Source of the DNA: a virus
Lineage: Duplodnaviria > Caudoviricetes
Direction: 5' to 3' (one strand)
DNA: 64,000 bases
IMG/VR virus record: IMGVR_UViG_3300032116_000009
The notes under the pieces were generated by a model, which was not told the DNA's origin, made no database searches, and saw only the letters and a list, made by a program, of their open reading frames with translations. Position 1 is the stretch's first letter, and each line of letters opens with the position of its first letter. Both the position numbers and the translations under genes were made by a program. Positions 28,291-37,568 of the stretch are shown here, piece by piece.

Positions 28291-29568
28291 TTAATACAAT
28301 CCGTAAGAATCTCTAACTAATTTTAGAGAGGTGACCATGTTGTTGCCTTCAAAATGATGTCTCAATTCTTTAATTAAGTATTTACCACTTTGTTCTTCAT
28401 CGAGACTTGTTTGTTGTGATGATTCAACTTTTGGAAATTGAGCTTTCACAACCCCACCTGCACGAAGATTAACGTTACATGGCACTACCATATTTAGCGA
28501 TTGAGTAAAGAGCAAGTTATATCTGGAAAAAGATTTAGCCATGTCAGCATTGTCTCTTCCAGAACTACCTGCAATATCATTTGGGTCTAAAGTACCTTTA
28601 TCACTTGTTCTAACTAGAATTCGGGAAAAAGATTCTTCAAATCCACTCGGTATCACAAGATCATCTTGAGTACCTAGTTTACTACGAATTTCATTTTTTA
28701 GATAGTATGCATAGATATCTAACTTATTTGTGTACAAATCATAAAAATAAGTTTTATTTGCGTACATTCCAACTCGAAGAGATTTCATTAAATCAATATT
28801 TTTTTCCAAAGCATAATCTAAGATTGTAAAATTATTTTGAATAGAATTTTCTTGAATAACATTATTATAAGTATAAGTTATTACAGAGGAATCTTCAGCT
28901 CCACTTGTGGTTGCAGAAACTAATTTATCGATACTTTTAAAATTAAATCCGTCTTTTGTTTCATAAAAAAGAAATCCAGCAACTCCTTTGGCTAGTTCTC
29001 CACTAGTTCCTGAAGATCCGGTTGAAGGAATTCCCTTTGGACCTAACCAAGTTAAAATATGAAAAGGTTTTTTCTGATTACCAATAAAACTATACGAATT
29101 TGAAGTTCTTTCAATATTAGATGATTCATATTTTTTTGTAGTTAATACTTCATCTAATATAGAAGTTACATGTTCATTTATAGGTAACTTTTCATATTTC
29201 TTTTGACATCTTGAAGTTTCGTTTGTCAGTCCTTCTCTAGAAACTAGATGTAATGTAAACATTTCTTTTTGTCCGTCAGAAGCATAACCACTGACTTTGT
29301 AGACATACATTCCATAATCACCATCTAACGTAAAATTACCAGTCGCAGTAGATATATCAAAAACTACCTTTTCTCCACCACGTATTGGTAAGGTGTTGAA
29401 AATAGAGTTTCCTGTGGCTATTTGCATATTCATCGTCACGCATGGCGAAAGAATATCCTCAAAGTAATCGATAAAAACAACACTATTAGTTAAATCAATT
29501 CTTTTAGTATCATTTAAAGCTATTAACTCAACCGCATTAAATCTTAAACTACCTACTGCTACTGACAT
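28291..29568 (-). CDS. Baseplate hub protein, gp27-like
   Basis: YFEDILSP, GFLFYET.DGFNFKS, C-terminal SGKYLIKELRHHF; adjacent to gp5. Confidence 0.7.
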   Translation of the reverse strand: MSVAVGSLRFNAVELIALNDTKRIDLTNSVVFIDYFEDILSPCVTMNMQIATGNSIFNTLPIRGGEKVVFDISTATGNFTLDGDYGMYVYKVSGYASDGQKEMFTLHLVSREGLTNETSRCQKKYEKLPINEHVTSILDEVLTTKKYESSNIERTSNSYSFIGNQKKPFHILTWLGPKGIPSTGSSGTSGELAKGVAGFLFYETKDGFNFKSIDKLVSATTSGAEDSSVITYTYNNVIQENSIQNNFTILDYALEKNIDLMKSLRVGMYANKTYFYDLYTNKLDIYAYYLKNEIRSKLGTQDDLVIPSGFEESFSRILVRTSDKGTLDPNDIAGSSGRDNADMAKSFSRYNLLFTQSLNMVVPCNVNLRAGGVVKAQFPKVESSQQTSLDEEQSGKYLIKELRHHFEGNNMVTSLKLVRDSYGLY

Positions 29569-29571
29569 AAT

Positions 29572-31437
29572 TTATGTGGCTGATAGAGATGTTAGAAGTA
29601 TGTTCTTATATAAACTATTTAACACTTGACCTTCACTTGGCCCAGACACTACTACTGTTTGAGAACCTCCATTTGGCGTAGAAATAACGACAGGTTTTTG
29701 ATTACCATTTCCAGAAAGTATAGGAATCAAAGTTACTGATGATTGTGGCATATTATAAGATGGATATTGTTGGATTTGTTGAGGTATTACAACCAATTGT
29801 GTAGATGTTGGTTGTATCATCGAGTCCTGTACTTTAGAAATATTATTTTCATCATATTTCATTTGAGTTAGTTTTTCTTGCGGAAAAACATTTGTTTGCG
29901 CTTGGATTAAATTATTAGATGAAGATTGAGTGGATGGTTTGATAAACCTCTGACTCATTACTTGTGATTGCCTTTGGATAGTAGTTTGGTCTGTCGAGGT
30001 TTTATTCATCATATTTGGATTGGGGACAAGATCTTGCATCTCTCCAGATTCTTTTCCTTTTGGTTTTATTTCCCCTTTTGTTTGTGCAAGACCGGGTTTG
30101 GAATTTGGAGCTAAATGGCCAATCCAAGTTCTTGTTCCCTGAATATATCCACCAAGTCCTCCCCTTCCATAACCACCAAAATCTTTTCCAGTTGGACCTA
30201 TATTACTCAAAGGAACAGGTACTTTGGTTCCTTTTCTTACAAATACATCAATTGATTTTCCACTACCGCTATGAGTATGCGATCTTCTTGCGGCATCAAC
30301 ATAATTTCTCAATTCCGAATCACTATATTGTTTTGATGGTAACAAATCAATTCCTGGATTTAAATATACTGGAGATCCTTGTTTTAATAATGCTTTTACC
30401 ACTGTTGTAGTATCATTCACGACTTCAGAAACAGTTTCTCCCTGGAAATGTCCATGAACCCAACCAGTAGAATTTCTTACGTTTCCCGTTTCTCCAAATT
30501 CCGCATTACCAGATCCGTACTGAACTGGTCCACCAGTAGATTCATCCGTTGGAGGCGGCAATTCTTCCGGATCTAACTCTTCATCATATCCTGTTGGAGT
30601 ATCAGTGACCTCTGATAATTGTAAATTATAAGAAACTCTTTCAAATTGAAATACTACCCTTTCAAACTTATCTAAAACTTCTGGTAAAGATAATTTAGCA
30701 GCGGCTGCAGCTGCTTCTTTTTGTTTTGCCTCTTGTATTTTAAGTTTTGATTCTATTTTTTGTTTTGCATTTTTTTCTGTAGCTTCATAAGCTCTATCTG
30801 CAAAATATCCACCAGCAAAAGCCCCTAATCCACCTACAGCAGCACCTAAAACAAATCCCAATCCAGGAATAGGAACTAAACCTTGTCCAATCATTCCAGA
30901 TGTTATAGCACCCGCTAAAGCTCCACCAGCGGCTGCACCAGCAATTCCTCCAGCTGCAGATCCAGCAGCACCTGCAGCAGCTTTTCCAGTCGATTCTCCT
31001 TGAGAAATCCCCTGAGCAAAATCAAGTCCAGCCAAAAGTGGTGTCAAAACACCTAATGCTCTAACGCCTGGTATTTTTATTTTTGTACCAGATTGTAATG
31101 GTCTTCCTGCTTTACTATTTGGTTTTGGTAATTTTGATTTACCATCTTTTTTTCCGAAGAAATCTCCAACAAAAGATGCAGCATCTAAAGCCCCACTTGC
31201 AAGACCACTCAATAAGTTACCGGCACTTCCAAAACTTACAGCTACATTTGCTCCTAAAGCTTTCTTAAGTTTTCTTTGATTAAATTTTATTGCCTTTAAA
31301 TTATTCGTTTCCAGTTGCATGAAACGAACAAAATCTTGATAGGTAGTTTGAGACCTCTTCATTTGTGAAGTGGATCTATTTGTACTTACAATATTGTTTG
31401 CTGCATTCAGCAGCATTGAAGAGATTCCTTTAGCCAT
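29572..31437 (-). CDS. Tape-measure/hub-like protein with putative circularly permuted M23 peptidase domain
   Basis: Gly/Ala zipper region; STGWVHGHFQ precedes H..S.D.F...GT.V and WIGHL. Confidence 0.65.
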   Translation of the reverse strand: MAKGISSMLLNAANNIVSTNRSTSQMKRSQTTYQDFVRFMQLETNNLKAIKFNQRKLKKALGANVAVSFGSAGNLLSGLASGALDAASFVGDFFGKKDGKSKLPKPNSKAGRPLQSGTKIKIPGVRALGVLTPLLAGLDFAQGISQGESTGKAAAGAAGSAAGGIAGAAAGGALAGAITSGMIGQGLVPIPGLGFVLGAAVGGLGAFAGGYFADRAYEATEKNAKQKIESKLKIQEAKQKEAAAAAAKLSLPEVLDKFERVVFQFERVSYNLQLSEVTDTPTGYDEELDPEELPPPTDESTGGPVQYGSGNAEFGETGNVRNSTGWVHGHFQGETVSEVVNDTTTVVKALLKQGSPVYLNPGIDLLPSKQYSDSELRNYVDAARRSHTHSGSGKSIDVFVRKGTKVPVPLSNIGPTGKDFGGYGRGGLGGYIQGTRTWIGHLAPNSKPGLAQTKGEIKPKGKESGEMQDLVPNPNMMNKTSTDQTTIQRQSQVMSQRFIKPSTQSSSNNLIQAQTNVFPQEKLTQMKYDENNISKVQDSMIQPTSTQLVVIPQQIQQYPSYNMPQSSVTLIPILSGNGNQKPVVISTPNGGSQTVVVSGPSEGQVLNSLYKNILLTSLSAT

Positions 31438-33200
31438 TATCCGTCAACGATGTTGTAAACCATTTTAGAATATAATGTAAGGAAATTATCAGGATTTGTG
31501 GTGGGTAACATTGGAACAGTTTCTCCTCTAATGCCTGTTATAGGTGCTTGAGGTGGTTTTGCGGTTCCTTGTTGATTTCCACCTCCACCTTGCAAAGGAA
31601 GAATATTTACTTGTGGTTGCGATTGTGTTACAGGAACTTGTGCAACCTGTTGTGCAGATTGTTGTTGCATTTGTTGTTGTGCTGGAGCGGCAACAACTGC
31701 CGGTTTATTTCGTTGTTGAGTTGATGCGACTGGTTTATTACCACCTGATCTAATATTTCTCAATTCGGAAATAGTAGTTGCATATGTTTTGCCAGCAAGA
31801 TTTCTTCCAGAATATTGATCTTGATATGTTAAATCTGCTGTTCCGCCTAGTTTTGCAGCATTAATTTTTCCCTGAGGCAATCCTCTCCATGTTGGAGCAA
31901 GTTTTTGTAAAAATTGTTCTTCTGATATTTTACCGGATAAAAACTCATTTATTCCATGACTTGATCTTAATTCGTTTAGTGTTATTGCATCTTGAACTTC
32001 TGGTGTAAATTTTGTATTTGCATTGAATCCAGCTCTTTGCGCTCTTTCCAATAGATATTGGGGCATTTGTTGATATCTACCAATTGCTCCTCGTGCGTTT
32101 TTAGCCAACCACCCAATCGTTTGCTCTGTAGCCTTACCGGGAGTTTTTCCTGCACTTGTATTAAAACTATCATATCCTTCCGGACCTTGTTCGACTGAAG
32201 CAATAAGATCTAATACCCCCTTTTCTCCAGTCGTAGTAACACCAGGTGATCCAGAAACACCAGGTGCTCCAGGTGCTCCTGTAGCTCCTCGAGCTCCATC
32301 TTTCGCTTGTGTAGATGTGGATTTTCCTCCTCCAGGTTGTTGTTTTGATGGTCTCGTTGATAATGACTTTAGAACAGCAGAAAATCTATCTAATATTGCA
32401 TTAAACTTGTCTAGTAATGGTCCAGATAATCCTTCACCAGTTTCTCCCATTAACTGAGGTTGAACTCCACCGCCAACGTCTTGAAGAGCATTGGTCACCA
32501 TTGCTCCAGTGCCTGCACCAGCAAGAGCAGCACCACCCAACATTAATCCAGGGCGTCTTCTCATAGACCTTAATATTCCAGTGTTTCCCGCTCTTTTTAA
32601 TGGTGGGCCTGGAACTTTAACATCCAAATCTATTCCACCACCTCCTGCATTAGCTGTAGGTAGATTGGAAAGTTGATCGACTATTCTTATAATTGTTTGA
32701 CGAATGCTTTTAGCGACTTTGAAAGTTTCATCGAATACTTTCCTGAGTTCTACTAAACTTTCATTTAGACTTTTTATATTATTTGGATTTGCAAAAAATC
32801 TTATATATCCAATTGCTTTATCATATAAACTCAAGAAATTGGATAAAATTTTATTCGGAGCGTTTGCATCAATAGAATCTGTTTTAGAAATAAATCTATT
32901 TTGTAAATCTCCTACAGTTTTTTGAACAATCTGATTTACATTTTGAGTTATTGCTTGTACTCTATTCTCAACATTGTTTAAAATATTTGATGATAAAGTA
33001 TTAATGATCGAACCAAGATCTGGAACTTGTGGAGCAACTCCAGCAGTTCCTCTTTGAAATCCTACAATTTTGTTAGCAGCACTAGCAACCACAGAAGATC
33101 CAAGAGGAGAACCACCAGAAATAAAGTTCTGAACTGCTTCTGGTGTAACTCTACGTTCTCTAGCAATAACTCCTGGATTTAGTGGTGATTTAATTGCCAC
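31437..33200 (-). CDS. Tape-measure/hub-like protein with lambda-R/GH104-like lysozyme domain
   Basis: LDLIASVE..Y, AIGRYQ, FTPEVQD, LAPTWRGLP. Confidence 0.75.
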   Translation of the reverse strand: MAIKSPLNPGVIARERRVTPEAVQNFISGGSPLGSSVVASAANKIVGFQRGTAGVAPQVPDLGSIINTLSSNILNNVENRVQAITQNVNQIVQKTVGDLQNRFISKTDSIDANAPNKILSNFLSLYDKAIGYIRFFANPNNIKSLNESLVELRKVFDETFKVAKSIRQTIIRIVDQLSNLPTANAGGGGIDLDVKVPGPPLKRAGNTGILRSMRRRPGLMLGGAALAGAGTGAMVTNALQDVGGGVQPQLMGETGEGLSGPLLDKFNAILDRFSAVLKSLSTRPSKQQPGGGKSTSTQAKDGARGATGAPGAPGVSGSPGVTTTGEKGVLDLIASVEQGPEGYDSFNTSAGKTPGKATEQTIGWLAKNARGAIGRYQQMPQYLLERAQRAGFNANTKFTPEVQDAITLNELRSSHGINEFLSGKISEEQFLQKLAPTWRGLPQGKINAAKLGGTADLTYQDQYSGRNLAGKTYATTISELRNIRSGGNKPVASTQQRNKPAVVAAPAQQQMQQQSAQQVAQVPVTQSQPQVNILPLQGGGGNQQGTAKPPQAPITGIRGETVPMLPTTNPDNFLTLYSKMVYNIVDG

Positions 33201-33381
33201 GATTTGCCGCCTGTTGTGCCTTTAAGTTTTCTTCTTCAATATGTTGTTTCAATAGGGCAAGATAGATATCTCTTTCCCAAGGCATTAAATTTTCAACCTC
33301 AGTCAAAGAGTATTTATGGAACTGCATGAGAGCAAAATTAATACGATAATAGGCTTCCAAATCAATGTGAGCCATTGTCAA
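33190..33381 (-). CDS. gp51: Baseplate hub assembly catalyst
   Basis: YYRINFALMQFHKYSLTEVENLMPWERDIY. Confidence 0.8.
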   Translation of the reverse strand: MTMAHIDLEAYYRINFALMQFHKYSLTEVENLMPWERDIYLALLKQHIEEENLKAQQAANRGN

Positions 33382-34106
33382 CCGAAAAAACTGGTTAAAC
33401 CCTCCAACGTAACCGTATTTTCTACTCCAGTCTTCGGATTTTTTACAGTAAAAGTATGAGATAATTTAGGCATTGTCTCAAAAAACTGTTCAATTTTCTT
33501 AAACTGAGATGAATTCATACTCTCTATAAACTCAACAAGTTCTTTCTTCGTACAATCTGAAGCAGCCCAAGATTCTTCTGCAGTAAAAATAGCTTCAATA
33601 CAAGATGAAATAATATCAAAAGACTTATCAATTGTACTTGCAGATTCTTGTACACTGAAATCAAAGTTATTTTTAATGAATTGATCTAGTGATGGATATT
33701 TCATTTTTACAACAATATCATCATCTAGTTTAATTTCCGAAGTATGTTCAGAGTCTTTTTGTACATTGATTTCATCAACGTACACTTTAACTGGGACTTC
33801 TGTAGTACCATCATCGGAACAAGTTACAACCAGATCTATGGCCTCTCCAACAGATTTTCCACGAACATTTAAGAAAATGTATTCAATATCGAAAGAAGGT
33901 AGATCTTCTATTTTAATTCCTTTTGTTATAATACAATCTTTTAGTACTTGTTTAATAGCAAGTGTGATTTGTTTAATATCTTGACTTTCAAGAGCTAAGA
34001 TAAGAATTTTTTCTTCTTTAACGAGGAATGGTCTATATTTTATAGATTTTCCAGTAGAAGGCAACTCAAGTTCATAAGTTGGTGTAGAAATCTTTGGTAA
34101 TGGCAT
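33378..34106 (-). CDS. gp26: Baseplate hub subunit
   Basis: MPLPKI.TPTYELELPS.GK.IKYRPFLVKEEKIL. Confidence 0.9.
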   Translation of the reverse strand: MPLPKISTPTYELELPSTGKSIKYRPFLVKEEKILILALESQDIKQITLAIKQVLKDCIITKGIKIEDLPSFDIEYIFLNVRGKSVGEAIDLVVTCSDDGTTEVPVKVYVDEINVQKDSEHTSEIKLDDDIVVKMKYPSLDQFIKNNFDFSVQESASTIDKSFDIISSCIEAIFTAEESWAASDCTKKELVEFIESMNSSQFKKIEQFFETMPKLSHTFTVKNPKTGVENTVTLEGLTSFFG

Positions 34107-34131
34107 TGAATATTATAAATTCAGATAAAAT

Positions 34132-34138
34132 TATTTAG
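34132..34138 (-). promoter_or_regulatory. T4-type late promoter motif
   Basis: CTAAATA, 25 nt upstream of gp26 ATG. Confidence 0.6.
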
Positions 34139-34144
34139 TGCGGG

Positions 34145-35086
34145 TTATGTAGTAGATCTTGTATTACCTGTTGGAGTTGGTAAATTATTGGTAGAATTTT
34201 GAATAGATTGTCCGGATTGACTTCCACTACCGTTATTTGTAGCAGACAATATTTGTTGACCACTAGAAGTTACTTTTTGTTCATAGTCAGGTGATCCAGT
34301 TCCATTGTGTTTTAAGACAACATATCGATCATAGTTAAAAGTAACACTTGTCTTTGTTACTGTACTTCCTTCATAAGAAACTGGTAATGCAGTTAAATTC
34401 ACTGGAAAAGCATTTAAAAACTGATACGTTAACATTGATGGGGACTCTAAAAGATTCCCATAGCTATCAAACTGTACATTTCTCTCAAATTTAGTTATTG
34501 ATATTTTTCTTTTATAGGTGTTCGGATACCTCATTCTATAGAAATTTTCATCATCAAAACTTACTTCATCACTTGTACTTCCTCTGGAAGATCCTCTGAT
34601 AGATTTACCGTTTACAGTATGAAGAGGATTTATAAAATTAATCCACTCTTCAAATAAACGAATAACTCCATAATCCGCATCAACATAAAAATCTAAAGTA
34701 AGTTCTGGAAATTGTCTCATTATTGGAAATCTTTCCATAACTCCTTGTCTACTTCCAGATTCTTCTAAAGTGGATAAGGTTGAACCTGGAAGAATAGCAT
34801 TATGACACATGAATTCATATTGAAGTGAACTTAAACTCTTGTCAAAAATCCCACAAGAAACTAACCAAGAATTTAAATTTGAGTCCGACTCAACGGTAGA
34901 TACGTTTTCTCCAAACCAAAGAGTGATCTTAAATTGACTAGTAACTGATAATTCACCAAAAAGATCTTGAACACTAGGAAGAGAACTTCTACTATCTCTA
35001 GTGTTTCTTGGTAGAGTCATCCTAAGATAGATGGGATCAACTCTATATGGATTACCTGGGAAATCAGGCCTAAATGGCTCAGCCAT
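34145..35086 (-). CDS. Tail-tube-fold baseplate protein (gp54/gp19-like)
   Basis: C..A.LPGS, L.FYVD..Y....FE.W...I, Y.F.NAFP..L....VSY motifs. Confidence 0.7.
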   Translation of the reverse strand: MAEPFRPDFPGNPYRVDPIYLRMTLPRNTRDSRSSLPSVQDLFGELSVTSQFKITLWFGENVSTVESDSNLNSWLVSCGIFDKSLSSLQYEFMCHNAILPGSTLSTLEESGSRQGVMERFPIMRQFPELTLDFYVDADYGVIRLFEEWINFINPLHTVNGKSIRGSSRGSTSDEVSFDDENFYRMRYPNTYKRKISITKFERNVQFDSYGNLLESPSMLTYQFLNAFPVNLTALPVSYEGSTVTKTSVTFNYDRYVVLKHNGTGSPDYEQKVTSSGQQILSATNNGSGSQSGQSIQNSTNNLPTPTGNTRSTT

Positions 35087-35087
35087 C

Positions 35088-35095
35088 TATAAATA
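35088..35095 (+). promoter_or_regulatory. T4 late promoter consensus
   Basis: Exact TATAAATA at the divergence point upstream of gp4. Confidence 0.75.
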
Positions 35096-35120
35096 TTTCT
35101 TAAGGATCTATAGTATGTAT

Positions 35121-35558
35121 ATGAGTTATAAAGGAAAATATCGTCCAGAAAATCCAAAAAAGTATAAAGGTGATCCCACAAATATTGTTTATCGTTCTTT
35201 GTGGGAAAGAAAATTCATGCGTTATTGTGACTTAAATGAAAATGTAAATCAATGGCAATCTGAAGAATTCTGGATTCCATATCTTTGCCCTCTTGATGGT
35301 AAAGTTCATAGATATTTTCCAGATTTTTTTGTAAAGTATAAAGATAAGAGTGGAAATACACGAACAGTAGTTATAGAAATAAAACCCAAAAAAGAAGTAG
35401 ACATGCCAGAACAAAATCCAAAAAGAAGGACAAAATCTTGGGCATATAAAGTTCAAACTTGGGTAAAAAACCAAGCAAAATGGAAAGCAGCTAAAGAGTT
35501 CTGTGCAGATCGTAATTATGAGTTCCGAATCATGACTGAGGAGGATTTAGGAATATGA
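35121..35558 (+). CDS. gp4: Head completion nuclease
   Basis: YKGKYRP.NP.KYKGDPTNIVYRSLWE, W.SEE, YFPDF, IEIKP, NQAKW.AA; start could be 35115. Confidence 0.92.
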   Translation: MSYKGKYRPENPKKYKGDPTNIVYRSLWERKFMRYCDLNENVNQWQSEEFWIPYLCPLDGKVHRYFPDFFVKYKDKSGNTRTVVIEIKPKKEVDMPEQNPKRRTKSWAYKVQTWVKNQAKWKAAKEFCADRNYEFRIMTEEDLGI

Positions 35559-36082
35559 GTTTCGATGGCACGTTCGAACCTGGAAAAGGTTTTGGATACG
35601 ATCTCATTAAAAAAACCAAAGGAAAAAATGTAAAAAATGATTGGTATACTGGACAACTAAGACAGTATCTTGGTGAACTGGATCAATTTAATATTAATGA
35701 AATGGATACAGGAGGTATAGAAGTTGGTAAGATGTATTTTTTTATCTACGGAGCATCTACTCCTGGACTTAAATTTTTTGATACTCAACCATTGACGTAT
35801 GTTACTGAAGTAAGTTACAGTAAAAATTATTTCATTGGAATAAATTTGCATTATATTAATAGGCAATATAGGGAAGGAATAGCAAAAAGCCTAATAAATA
35901 ATTCAGATACCGTAAGTGTACCTCGTAATAGCATTCATCGTTACTTTTTTTCTGGAGTTGGAGGGGGATTTTTGAGAGTTCCTGAAAAGGATTGGCCCTC
36001 CGTTTCAATATTACCAACTGAAAAATTTGTTGATACAAGGGGTCAACCATTTCCAAATCACAAAGCTTGGAGTAAACCTTAA
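35555..36082 (+). CDS. gp2: DNA end protector-like protein
   Basis: GKMYFFIY, FD.QPL, GINLHY, W.....LPTE.F. Confidence 0.7.
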   Translation: MSFDGTFEPGKGFGYDLIKKTKGKNVKNDWYTGQLRQYLGELDQFNINEMDTGGIEVGKMYFFIYGASTPGLKFFDTQPLTYVTEVSYSKNYFIGINLHYINRQYREGIAKSLINNSDTVSVPRNSIHRYFFSGVGGGFLRVPEKDWPSVSILPTEKFVDTRGQPFPNHKAWSKP

Positions 36083-37567
36083 GTGACATATCAAAATATT
36101 TCACCAGTACCATACTTTACAAAAAATTCTGTAAATTATAATTTACAGTACAATAAACGTACTGGTGAAGTACAACTCATTCAACAAAATGCTGCCACTG
36201 GGACACCAGCGATTTATACGGATGGTAAATGGAATTCTTCTAGTGTCAATTCTTTATCAATATCTTCACAAGAACAACAAACAATACACGAAAATATTCA
36301 AACTTCTGTAAGAACTTCGTTTAGGGCTTTAGGTGGAACTTCTGCTGGTTTAGTTCTACCTGCTTGGGCCCAACAACAGAATCAAGGACAACCTCCGGGT
36401 CAAAGTACATCAACTCCAAGTCAAAGTGTTTCGAGTAATTCTACAAGTCCGGGAAACATAGGAGCAGCATTTGGAGCACTAATAAACCCAAGTGAAGCTA
36501 TAAGAGAAATAGCAAATCAAGACTATGGAGCTGGAAATGAAGCTAAATTACTTTTCAAAGGATTGAAGTATCCAATTGATATGAATTCCAGGAAACAGGA
36601 TACTCTCTTTATAAGTCAATTTGAGTATGCTGCTCCAGCTGGAGATCAACTTCTAAATGGAGACTTTTCAAGTATTATTCAAAATGGTTTACAGAGAGGT
36701 AGTGATTTTAGACCAGAAAAAGTTATAGGAACTGTAACTTTTCCTATGCCTTCTAGTATCTCCGAAACCAAGGATGTTGGATGGGGTCCAGATCAAATGA
36801 ATAATATTAGTGCTGGAATGATGGCAGATGTCATAAAAAATCCAGGACAATATGCAGCAGCAGGTTTAGTTGGCGCTGGGTTGGGTGCTTTTATTAGTAG
36901 TAAGATGGGCGGCAGTGTTGCTGGTGGAGCAGGATCTGGAGCATCCGCAGGAGGTCAAACACTTGCTTATGGTAAACTCCTTAACGAAGCAAGTGCCACA
37001 GCAGAAGGGAGAGGTTTAATGGGAACCATTGGTGTTCAAAAACTTCTTCAAATGGCTCAATTTGGAACTGAAATAGAAACAATATTGGCTAGAGGTGCAG
37101 GAATTGTTCCAAATAATAATTTAGAGTTGTTATTCAACGGACCCCAATTAAGATCTTTTGGTGTTAGTTATAGACTAACAGCAAGAAGTAGAGATGAAGC
37201 GATGATGATTAGGAGAATACTCAGATTCTTTAAACAAGGAATGTCACCAAAAAAGAGATCTGGTAGAGGTGCAGGAGGAGCATCTTATTTTCTTAAAACT
37301 CCAAATGTATTCAAATTGGAATTTAAAACAACAACTGGAGAAAATAAAGCAATCAGTAGATTTAAGACTTGTGCGTTGGTTTCTATGCAAACAGATTATA
37401 CCCCAGATGGTTTCTGGGTTGCATATGATGAAGGTCAACCAGTTTCTACAAGAATAACCCTACAATTCGCAGAACTTGAACCAATTTATGATGTCGATTA
37501 TCAAGATACAGTCAACTCACAAAGAACAGATCTTTCTCCAGTTGCTAACGACGCAGTAGGTTACTAA
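36083..37567 (+). CDS. gp48: Baseplate tail-tube cap
   Basis: NNNLELLFNGPQLRSF....L.ARS..EA..I..I.RFFK..M.P, P.VF, FKTCAL, L.F.ELEP; GTG start. Confidence 0.85.
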   Translation: MTYQNISPVPYFTKNSVNYNLQYNKRTGEVQLIQQNAATGTPAIYTDGKWNSSSVNSLSISSQEQQTIHENIQTSVRTSFRALGGTSAGLVLPAWAQQQNQGQPPGQSTSTPSQSVSSNSTSPGNIGAAFGALINPSEAIREIANQDYGAGNEAKLLFKGLKYPIDMNSRKQDTLFISQFEYAAPAGDQLLNGDFSSIIQNGLQRGSDFRPEKVIGTVTFPMPSSISETKDVGWGPDQMNNISAGMMADVIKNPGQYAAAGLVGAGLGAFISSKMGGSVAGGAGSGASAGGQTLAYGKLLNEASATAEGRGLMGTIGVQKLLQMAQFGTEIETILARGAGIVPNNNLELLFNGPQLRSFGVSYRLTARSRDEAMMIRRILRFFKQGMSPKKRSGRGAGGASYFLKTPNVFKLEFKTTTGENKAISRFKTCALVSMQTDYTPDGFWVAYDEGQPVSTRITLQFAELEPIYDVDYQDTVNSQRTDLSPVANDAVGY

Positions 37568-37568
37568 T

